In this document: positions 50,238 to 58,493 of the stretch, piece by piece
Layout of the letters: each line of letters starts with the position of its first letter
How positions within the stretch are numbered: position 1 is the first letter of the stretch
Assembly (NCBI GenBank): GCA_963668355.1
Contig: OY764265.1
Location: forward strand, 192,001-256,000
Direction: 5' to 3'
Length of the DNA stretch: 64,000 nt
Source: Bdellovibrionota bacterium
GTDB taxonomy: Bacteria > Bdellovibrionota_G > JALEGL01 > DATDPG01
Position numbers and translations under genes: made by a program
Notes under the pieces: generated by a model
What the model was told of the DNA's origin: nothing
What the model saw: only the letters and a program-made list of their open reading frames with translations
Database searches by the model: none

Positions 50238-50349
50238 CCTTCTCCTCCGCGGGATCAAAAGTTTGGCGAGTGGTCGGGCTTATAGAAACAGTCTACTTAC
50301 CGTTGCGGGACAGCACCGGAGTTTCACCGGATTTCCCTCAATCCAAACT
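50235..50349 (-). ncRNA. Cobalamin riboswitch (compact form, no P8-P12)
   Basis: P1 AGTTTGG/CCAAACT; GAGGGAAAT-CCGGTGAAACTCCGG-TGCTGTCCCGCAACGGTAA; short hairpin; AAGCCCGACCACTC; P13 ATCC/GGAT with GCGG loop. Confidence 0.9.
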
Positions 50350-50442
50350 ACAATATGTTCTTTTCTTTTCAGCAAACCCTACCGAAGTCAAGAAAGTCTT
50401 TGAAATCTCCAGACCTCATGGCTGTTCACAGGTAAAATGATC

Positions 50443-51231
50443 CTACTCGTTTTCGAGAAGCTGTTCCCAGCTTTCCAAACTTTCTCTTTCCTGAATAAGA
50501 AGCCTCCTGAAATCATTTTGAGTTTTCTCCGGAAGACTTGGAAAGTCCGGATCTGCCATTAAACGCCTAAGAAAGTCGATTCCCGCCTGAAAGGAATTCA
50601 CTTCGGAAAGAAGGCGACTTTTACGACTGGGCGTTTGAGAAATTTCTTTCCGATCCGCCTCGAAACAGTGTTGTACTTTTCCAAAGATTTCATGGGCAAG
50701 AAAAGTGGAGACGCGAGCAAAAGCATCCCCTCTTTCTCGACCCAATTCATCAAAAAACGTGGGTTCATAGAATAGAAAAAGAAAAATTCTAACCACCCCT
50801 GAAGAAGAATCAACGGCACAAATCGTGGCCGCAGTTGAGTTCGCCGGAACACCGATCCCATCGGAAGCTCCTTCTTGAACAAGGGAATTCAAAAAAGCAT
50901 CGCAGGAATCTCTTGCCACAATTAGTTGAAGAGACCTTCCAACGTGATCCCCAGGCACATCAAAAACCGTTCTTCGATTCAAAGGCGCGAATCTTTGAAC
51001 AACTCCCATGGCTCCATTCAAAATGTTCCCCAAAGAGTTTCTTGTTGATTCATCCAGGATCTCCTCCATTTCTTCCGAAAGATGGAAGGTCGACACATCG
51101 ATCTGTGAAGAAATGCGCACGTTCTTCACAGGCTCTCTTTGGCGAGGACGTGCGTCCGCTCGTGACATGGAATTCAGGTTCCAGAAAAGTGCAAAAGCAG
51201 CCAACACAAGCCATGTTCCTTTCCTGGTCAT
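50443..51231 (-). CDS. Secreted hypothetical protein
   Basis: Signal peptide from MTRKG; LAHEIFG motif. Confidence 0.65.
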   Translation of the reverse strand: MTRKGTWLVLAAFALFWNLNSMSRADARPRQREPVKNVRISSQIDVSTFHLSEEMEEILDESTRNSLGNILNGAMGVVQRFAPLNRRTVFDVPGDHVGRSLQLIVARDSCDAFLNSLVQEGASDGIGVPANSTAATICAVDSSSGVVRIFLFLFYEPTFFDELGRERGDAFARVSTFLAHEIFGKVQHCFEADRKEISQTPSRKSRLLSEVNSFQAGIDFLRRLMADPDFPSLPEKTQNDFRRLLIQERESLESWEQLLENE

Positions 51232-51244
51232 ATACTTCTTCGTC

Positions 51245-51261
51245 TGCACTTCACATGCCAA
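51245..51261 (-). promoter_or_regulatory. sigma54-type promoter
   Basis: TTGGCAT-GTGAA-GTGCA with GG-N10-GC spacing. Confidence 0.55.
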
Positions 51262-51456
51262 ATGCAGCCAACCTAACTCCTTATTTTTGTTGTTTTTTTA
51301 CAAATTGCTGAAACGCACCCCATCGCCCTGCAGAAAAAAAGTCTCACTTTTCATTCGCTTCTATGCCCTTCAAACGTGAACTTTCTTTCCCTTATATCCA
51401 GTTTCAAAAAATGAGACACTATTATAGAGGTTGCCGCTGCACTTTTAAAAAGTTCT

Positions 51457-54400
51457 ATGTTCACATTAAAAAATTCAATTTCTCCTCCAAACATCTTCCT
51501 GTTTTTTTTGAGTTTGTTCCTGATTTCGGCCTGCTCGACAAGCGGTTCATCTGATCAAACGAAAATAAAAACCATCGGTCGGTTTGCAGCTTCCTACGAC
51601 GCGAAAACGAACGAGATTGCGTTTACGCCGATCTCACTTTCAGAAGAATCGTCGTCCTCCTCGATCCAGGCCCTTACGTACTATGAATCCACTGGGGCCC
51701 CTTATTGTGCGATTTGGGATAGTTCTCTGGGACTTTGCTTGGGCTTGGTCCATCCCCAAAGTTGCAATGTAAATTACAACAACACCACACACACGCTTTC
51801 CTTTTATGTCGGTCTCGAAAATCACTCAGAAAGTGGCGACCCCAATAAGACATTCAATGATGAGGAAAACTTCCCTCCCGACACAACTTTTCGGGGTCCA
51901 TTTGAATTTGCCTTAGTGGGATTGGAATGGGACACGGCTTCCTTTCCAAATCTCGTCAAAACGGTAAACACGAACTTATTGGGCGCAGCCTGTGGAGAGG
52001 GAGGATTATCTTCTGCGGATGACCGAAACGGAAATGGCTATTTTGATTGCATGTATCCAGACATAGAAGTGGAAATGGACACGGACACACTCCCAGGGTG
52101 GGAGTTGACCGATATCGTTCCGGAAGGCCCAGAAGGACCTGAGTTAGCACCCGGAGATTATACAGGTTGCGGAAACGTCAATAACAGTGTGTTCATGCAG
52201 TACACGCTTTCCTCAAACGAGGATTTCACCATCTATTTTGATGTCCGTGCGATCATGTACGAAGCTGGCGAAACGCCTGACACCCCCGAAGTATTGAGCC
52301 CAAACTCACCTTCCTACGCCAACACAGATACGATCACCGTTTCCGGAACCTGTGAAGATGGAGCCACTGTGTTTGTAGGCGGCTCGGATGATTCTTCCCC
52401 CCCTTCGGGGATATGCTCTGGAGGGACTTTTAGCATTTCAAATGTCACCCTTTTTCAGAACACCACGAATGCTTTGAGCGTCTACCAGGAAGTAAGTGGT
52501 CAACGAAGTGGATCGGTCGCTCTTTCCATAAAGCACGACAATATTCCTCCGACCATCACAGACGCCTACCCGAATATTGGCACGACTTCTTGGGCCTTCG
52601 GACGAAATGAAAACTGTCGCATGGAGTTCAGCGAAGCCATGGACGAATCAAGTTTTACTCCAGCCGATGAGACCGGTGGGAATTTCGGAATCTGGACGGG
52701 TGGAGGTTCCACGGGAGGAAGTCCGCTGGCCGGAGAAATGAGTTTTTCAACGGACAGCAAAGAAGTGTACTACGACCCCGACAATATTCTTTCCACAAAC
52801 TCATACTACCATTGCCGGGTATCCTCTCATGTAACAGATTTAGCAGGAAACGAGCTGGGCTTGAGCAATAATCAAAGATACGGTGCCATGTATGTTCGAG
52901 GTGGGTACGATGCTCACGGTCCAGTCATCCTGTCAGTCTTCCCTCCAGACAATAGTCAAAACGTCGCGACACAAACACCGATGCGCGTATCGTTTTCCGA
53001 ACCCATTGCCCCTTCCACCGTCGTTGGAAACGTCACCGGAACATCCTGCAGTTGGAACATTCCTACCATCGCCGCATTTAAAATGGATGATTGCACACTC
53101 ACGGGAAGTGGTTCCCCCATTGTGGGTGCCACGCATTTAACCGATGGAGGCACCGTAGCGGTATTTACGCCGGACAACGATTTACCCGCGAACTCCTGTG
53201 TTGGGTTTTACGTCAGTCGTTGTGTGGAGGACCTTAACGGAAACCAAATGCCCAATCTCGGGTGGGCGAACATTGGTCCTTACAGCAGCGGCGGAAATTA
53301 TACGATGATCAGTGTTTTTGAAACCGGAGACGGAAGCCAAGAAGATTTAAATTTGGTCCATGTGGGGCCGATGGCCTCCCCTGCTCCCGGTGCCACGGAT
53401 GTTCCAACCACGGTTTTCCCCACCATGGTTTTTGATCAACCCCTGAATCCGGACACGATTCTGGATAACTACTTTTTTGCGACCGAGTACGGAACCACGA
53501 CGCATATTCCTCTCTCTCTGGAGGTAGATCCTTCCCTGAGAATGGTTCGGTTCATGCCTGAAAATGAACTCTCAACCACCAAAACGTATGTGTTGACAGC
53601 TACCGGTTCAGTTGGTTCCTGGAGTGGGAGTCATATGCCCACGCCCCAAACCGCTCAGTTCTCCACGACAAAAGTAACCGACACAAAGGACCCCACGATG
53701 ATTGCTTCCTACCCGAGGAACAACGGAACGGGAATTTCTCGTTGCTCGGAAGTAGATCTGTACTTTAGCGAGCCTCTGCGAGAAGAAACCATCAATGGTT
53801 CCAATTTGTATTTCTACATGGACGTCAGTCCAAATTGGTTTGATTTTGATATGCGATTCTTTGGAGACGGTTCACACGTCAAGGTGCTCCCACGCCACAG
53901 CAGCGGCGGCTATAATTTCATTGGAATGTATTCGCAATACGCCGACGCTCCGGAAGATAGAGCCGGAAACCTTTGGTACGGAAACAATCAATGGGTCACC
54001 AATCCAACCTGGACAACCTCAAATGATCGAACCCGACCTTATGTCACATCCATCGTCCCAGAATCCGGAACGGCGTCACGAAACGCCTCTCAGGTCATCT
54101 TCTTTAGTGAGAAAATGGATCGTACAACCCTCGGTTCCTATAACTTTGGGCATTCAGGTTGTAACTTCCCATTGATCCATATTGCACCCAGCCAAGATTA
54201 TGTCGTCATCAATTGTCCCGGAAACTTAAGCAGTGGATCAAAAAGCTTGGCCGTCTATGGCGCGCGAGACTTTTCATCCACCAGCTCCTTGGTGAGCTGT
54301 GAACAAGGATCGGGAAACCAGGTCAGCTATTATTCTCGTTCCTTTAACGTGAGTTCCTTTCTCGACACGACTCCGCCCACCATCCTCGGAGCCTCCGTTT

Positions 54401-54708
54401 CAGAAGGCGACATCGGCATCTCTCCTTCAATCGATGTAAACATCACTTTCAGTGAGGCCATCAACCCCTTGAGCGTAACTCAGCACAGTGTTTACCTCAT
54501 GTCTCATGAAGGGTTTAGAGTCGGTTCTGAAATATCCTTTTCAAAAGATGCTCAAAAGGTCACCTTGGAACCCTATCAAAGTCTGAGTTCAGGCATTTAC
54601 TACCTCTTGGTCACTTCAGCCGTTCAGGATCTCAGTGGTAATAATTTCGAAGGAGACAATGGAATTCACCGGACCTGTTTCTCAACGACATCCACTCCGT
54701 GCCCGTAG
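51457..54708 (+). CDS. Large surface lipoprotein with about 6 Big_5/SbsA-type Ig-like repeats
   Basis: Lipobox LISAC; repeated P..FSE(A/P/K)(M/I/L)...V.DL.GN units. Confidence 0.85.
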   Translation: MFTLKNSISPPNIFLFFLSLFLISACSTSGSSDQTKIKTIGRFAASYDAKTNEIAFTPISLSEESSSSSIQALTYYESTGAPYCAIWDSSLGLCLGLVHPQSCNVNYNNTTHTLSFYVGLENHSESGDPNKTFNDEENFPPDTTFRGPFEFALVGLEWDTASFPNLVKTVNTNLLGAACGEGGLSSADDRNGNGYFDCMYPDIEVEMDTDTLPGWELTDIVPEGPEGPELAPGDYTGCGNVNNSVFMQYTLSSNEDFTIYFDVRAIMYEAGETPDTPEVLSPNSPSYANTDTITVSGTCEDGATVFVGGSDDSSPPSGICSGGTFSISNVTLFQNTTNALSVYQEVSGQRSGSVALSIKHDNIPPTITDAYPNIGTTSWAFGRNENCRMEFSEAMDESSFTPADETGGNFGIWTGGGSTGGSPLAGEMSFSTDSKEVYYDPDNILSTNSYYHCRVSSHVTDLAGNELGLSNNQRYGAMYVRGGYDAHGPVILSVFPPDNSQNVATQTPMRVSFSEPIAPSTVVGNVTGTSCSWNIPTIAAFKMDDCTLTGSGSPIVGATHLTDGGTVAVFTPDNDLPANSCVGFYVSRCVEDLNGNQMPNLGWANIGPYSSGGNYTMISVFETGDGSQEDLNLVHVGPMASPAPGATDVPTTVFPTMVFDQPLNPDTILDNYFFATEYGTTTHIPLSLEVDPSLRMVRFMPENELSTTKTYVLTATGSVGSWSGSHMPTPQTAQFSTTKVTDTKDPTMIASYPRNNGTGISRCSEVDLYFSEPLREETINGSNLYFYMDVSPNWFDFDMRFFGDGSHVKVLPRHSSGGYNFIGMYSQYADAPEDRAGNLWYGNNQWVTNPTWTTSNDRTRPYVTSIVPESGTASRNASQVIFFSEKMDRTTLGSYNFGHSGCNFPLIHIAPSQDYVVINCPGNLSSGSKSLAVYGARDFSSTSSLVSCEQGSGNQVSYYSRSFNVSSFLDTTPPTILGASVSEGDIGISPSIDVNITFSEAINPLSVTQHSVYLMSHEGFRVGSEISFSKDAQKVTLEPYQSLSSGIYYLLVTSAVQDLSGNNFEGDNGIHRTCFSTTSTPCP

Positions 54709-54756
54709 GGTCCTCAAAATATGTAACTCCTTTGTGAAGATGCTAGGATAGTTCCA

Positions 54757-56334
54757 ATGCAGCGATTGGCTTTCATTCTTTTCTTATCTTTTCTGGGCGT
54801 CTCCTGCTCCGACTCAAGGTCCGGGATCATTCTCTCAAGCTCGGATGAACCTCTGGCCAACGTTTCGGTTCAATTGGTTGAAATCGATGACTCCGGTGAA
54901 GAGCTTTCCGAAATCGAGAGAACAACCACCGACGAAAATGGTGAATTTGAACTGTCCACAGAAATCAATCAATCCAAATTCGTTTTGAAAGCCGTCGTGG
55001 AATCTACTCCTTTGATGGCATTCGCCGCAGGAACTGAAACCAACATTCCAATTGACCCTTTGACCGATGGGCTCGTGAGTTTAGTCATCGACATCACCAA
55101 AACCGAAGAAGGCCGAAGTCTCTCTGACTTTAGCGTATCGGAGCTTCGATCCATCGGAACTCAAATTGCCAATCTGGACACGGCTTCCTTGGACTCTACA
55201 AATTCAACCTCGGTTCTCGATTTCTTAAGAACTCAAGTCGGTCGGGAAATTGCCGAAGCCAGTGGTGGAACACTTACCGTGCTTCCCCAAGAAGATATAT
55301 CTGCTACGATCACACAAGAGACAGACACGTTCATTTCATCTCCAGGCTCTGAGTGCAGTGGACTTCCTTACTTTCCTTTGAGCCAGGATGGTGACTCCCT
55401 GGCTTTTAAAGTTCGCGAAGACGGATCCATTTGTCGAGAAATTACTCAGAATGACCTTGGGATTCTCTCAGGGACTTCTTTGAAGTTCTTTCTTCAAGAT
55501 GACCTGTTCGAATATGAAGGTTCCGATTTTTTTGTTCCAGATTTTGATGTCTCCACTTCTGAATTTACAGTCGAAAATGGTCGCCAAATCACACTGGGAC
55601 CCGTTGAACTTTCAAACAGTGACATCTCCCTCAAACGAAAATTGTATGCACCAGAGGGGAAAAACTACATAAGGTATGTCGACATCTTTGAGAACAACTC
55701 CAGCGAACCTTATGCCGTCAATTTTAATATCGACACCTACGCGGATATTACCGGAAGACTACTGGTTTCAGATGGAGATGAGGTGACCACGGATAGTCGA
55801 TATCTCACGATCAATGACACGCTCGTAAATGATTTGAGCATCAGCTTCATCTTCCAGGATGATTGGGGTCGATACGCCTTTCCCGTATCCGAAGTGAAAT
55901 CTCCCCCTCGAACGGGAGGCCAGCTAGCCTCTCAGATTCGATTTGCTTGGTCAGATTTAACCATCCCTCAAGGGGACTCTGCTTCCATCATGTACTTTGT
56001 GTACGTTCATGACACAGACACGGAAAACACCATCCAAAATGAGGTTGAAAGTCTCATTTCCAATCCAGACTTTGATTTGCTCACATTTTCTGAAATGCTC
56101 AGCATTCAAAATTTTTCACCAAGTTTGGGAACCTTACAAGCTGAGGCCGGGTTCGTCATTGGTCGGGCCAATGTAACGGCCAGCAAGTTGGATGAGAATG
56201 ACGAGGTGATCCAATCCGTCAACCTGATCGCCCGAGTTGACGGTTCATTTGATATTCCGCTGGAGATCTCAAGTGGAAATCAGGTTCAAATCACGGCCTC
56301 GGATGGCCTGGATGAACAACGAACGCTCGACTAA
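54757..56334 (+). CDS. Acidic surface lipoprotein
   Basis: Lipobox LGVSC; PLANVSVQL...TTTDENGEF (prealbumin/carboxypeptidase-regulatory-like module). Confidence 0.75.
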   Translation: MQRLAFILFLSFLGVSCSDSRSGIILSSSDEPLANVSVQLVEIDDSGEELSEIERTTTDENGEFELSTEINQSKFVLKAVVESTPLMAFAAGTETNIPIDPLTDGLVSLVIDITKTEEGRSLSDFSVSELRSIGTQIANLDTASLDSTNSTSVLDFLRTQVGREIAEASGGTLTVLPQEDISATITQETDTFISSPGSECSGLPYFPLSQDGDSLAFKVREDGSICREITQNDLGILSGTSLKFFLQDDLFEYEGSDFFVPDFDVSTSEFTVENGRQITLGPVELSNSDISLKRKLYAPEGKNYIRYVDIFENNSSEPYAVNFNIDTYADITGRLLVSDGDEVTTDSRYLTINDTLVNDLSISFIFQDDWGRYAFPVSEVKSPPRTGGQLASQIRFAWSDLTIPQGDSASIMYFVYVHDTDTENTIQNEVESLISNPDFDLLTFSEMLSIQNFSPSLGTLQAEAGFVIGRANVTASKLDENDEVIQSVNLIARVDGSFDIPLEISSGNQVQITASDGLDEQRTLD

Positions 56335-56503
56335 CACGAAACGTACCCCTTTATTGACCGTGTTCTTGAGAAGCTCTCGAACGTTTCCTTTTTTTCTCCC
56401 AAAACAGAAAAAAACTTTTTTCGCGCTGCTCCAACACAAAAGCTTCATCCCCCCCTTCCAAGATGAACGCCGCTGTACCATAATAGACAATCCAACAACC
56501 AAA

Positions 56504-57424
56504 ATGCATCAAGAAAAAATCCATCGCTGGCAACACACGCATTCGTTCGGAACCGAAATCCGCGCAGGAGGAGAGTCCAAAGTTCTTTGGGTCATCATCA
56601 TTACCTTACTGACGATGATCGTTGAAATTGCTGCTGGAAAATGGTTTGGCTCCATGGCTCTTCTTGCAGATGGTTGGCATATGGGCACTCACGCAGCCGC
56701 CCTGGGCGTCACCTTTTTTGCTTATTTCTATGCTCGACGCCATTCAAAAGATCCGAGATTCAGCTTCGGAACCGGAAAAGTGAATTCGCTGGGCGGCTTT
56801 GCCAGCTCCATAGGACTGGGCATTGTCGCCATATGGATCTTTTTTGAAAGTGCCCAGAGATTCTTCTCTCCAACCACCATTCGTTTTAATGAGTCCATCC
56901 TTGTGGCCATCCTTGGCCTCGTCGTTAATTTAGTTTGTGCTTGGGTGCTTTGGGAAAAACATGACCATCACGAAAATGAAATGCACGCTCATCCAGATCA
57001 CAACCTGCGAGGAGCTTATTTTCATGTATTGGCGGATGCATTAACGTCCCTCCTCGCCATTTTCGCCCTTACGTTGGGAAAATATGCCGGCTGGAACTTT
57101 TTGGACCCTGCAATGGGAATCGTTGGATCTCTGGTCATCATCAAATGGTCCCTGAACTTACTGCGAAACACCAGTTGGGTCTTGTTGGATGCAGAAATTG
57201 GGACTGAGCAAAAAGTCAACATCCAAAAAACACTCGAAGCAGACAGTGAAGATCGGGTTTCCGACTTGCACATTTGGAGAGTGGGTCCGAAGCACTTAGC
57301 TGCCATCATTTCCATCGTCAGCCACGAACCAAAAGAACCGACATACTATAAAAAACGGTTAGAAAACCATCGTGACCTGGTCCACATAACCGTAGAGGTC
57401 TCCCACTGTCCAGAAGTCCTCTGA
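56504..57424 (+). CDS. dmeF: CDF family Co/Ni efflux transporter
   Basis: SMALLADGWHM, FSFGTGK, HNLRGAYFHVLADA, DLHIW. Confidence 0.9.
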   Translation: MHQEKIHRWQHTHSFGTEIRAGGESKVLWVIIITLLTMIVEIAAGKWFGSMALLADGWHMGTHAAALGVTFFAYFYARRHSKDPRFSFGTGKVNSLGGFASSIGLGIVAIWIFFESAQRFFSPTTIRFNESILVAILGLVVNLVCAWVLWEKHDHHENEMHAHPDHNLRGAYFHVLADALTSLLAIFALTLGKYAGWNFLDPAMGIVGSLVIIKWSLNLLRNTSWVLLDAEIGTEQKVNIQKTLEADSEDRVSDLHIWRVGPKHLAAIISIVSHEPKEPTYYKKRLENHRDLVHITVEVSHCPEVL

Positions 57425-57436
57425 GTTCAAACAAAC

Positions 57437-57790
57437 TCAGCTTTCCACTTGATGTCCGGCCACTGTCGAAAGTCCAGATTTTTTCCAGTCGACTTTTCCA
57501 CCTTCGTAATCAAACACGTTTTCGTAACCCATTTGCTCCAATTTCTGAGCGGCTTGGGGAGATTTCGTACAGTCATTATTTGCGCAATACACGACAATTC
57601 GATCCTCTTTTTCGGGAACCTGCTCCTGAATGCGTTCTTCAAACATTGCATCCAAGGGAATGTTCACGGCTCCAGGCAGATGAGATTTTTCATATAGTTT
57701 TGGGGGCAAAACCTCTATCAAATGCAAATCTTCTGGCTGCTGCTCCAAAAGGTGTTTCAATTCACTTCTCGTAATGATCTCTGCCATCAT
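57437..57790 (-). CDS. Single-domain rhodanese
   Basis: HLPGAVNIP, VVYCANNDC, YEGGKVDW. Confidence 0.9.
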   Translation of the reverse strand: MMAEIITRSELKHLLEQQPEDLHLIEVLPPKLYEKSHLPGAVNIPLDAMFEERIQEQVPEKEDRIVVYCANNDCTKSPQAAQKLEQMGYENVFDYEGGKVDWKKSGLSTVAGHQVES

Positions 57791-57804
57791 TTCTTCCTTT
57801 CATT

Positions 57805-58053
57805 TCATACATTTCGAATCTGAGGGGCCTGCTGGCTTTCTCTATTCACAAATTTCTCAGCGGCTTCCTGACTGACACCGTGAAGCTCTCGATACTTTTG
57901 AATGGCTTCACCCTCTCGCCCTTGTTGAATCAATCGGTGTACTTCCTCAGGTCGGGGGCATCCGACATCTTTTGATCGATTTTTTCGCGTCAACACCCAT
58001 AAAACTCCTGCTATCAGAAACCCTACAAGCAAATACAAGATGGCATCACTCAT
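57805..58053 (-). CDS. Small membrane-anchored protein with L7/L12-CTD-like motif
   Basis: N-terminal TM; EAIQKYRELHGVS..A.KFV. Confidence 0.6.
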   Translation of the reverse strand: MSDAILYLLVGFLIAGVLWVLTRKNRSKDVGCPRPEEVHRLIQQGREGEAIQKYRELHGVSQEAAEKFVNRESQQAPQIRNV

Positions 58054-58406
58054 GACGCCTCCCGAGACGCAAACAACGCATCCACTTTCGCCGCTAGCGA
58101 AAAGTCAGCCTCAGTAAGACCGTCAATCCGATGCGTCCAAATCAACACTTTGACTTCTTTATAACCAACGTGAAGAACGGGATGGTGGGATTCTTTCTCC
58201 GCGAGCTCTGCCAATTGATTGACAAAGTGGATCCCCGCCAAATACGTTTCAAACTCAAACGACTTTTCCAGGTGGTGCTCATCGTCCACCAACCAACCCC
58301 CTCCCAACTTCCGTCCGAGGTCGAACAAACGCGTACCCCTCAAAGGCTTGGGGGTCCCAATTTTCTTTGGCTTATCCTTCTTTGCCGATGTGGTTGAAGT
58401 ATCCAT
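58050..58406 (-). CDS. phhB: Pterin-4-alpha-carbinolamine dehydratase
   Basis: AEKESHHP, WTH..GLTEADFSLAAK. Confidence 0.9.
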   Translation of the reverse strand: MDTSTTSAKKDKPKKIGTPKPLRGTRLFDLGRKLGGGWLVDDEHHLEKSFEFETYLAGIHFVNQLAELAEKESHHPVLHVGYKEVKVLIWTHRIDGLTEADFSLAAKVDALFASREAS

Positions 58407-58493
58407 TTAAACTTCTCCTTTCGAAATAAGATTGTCCTCTTTTTAATATTCGTTCATTCGTCAAAAAGAGTTTCTCAGGGGTGTCGTTTTCCC

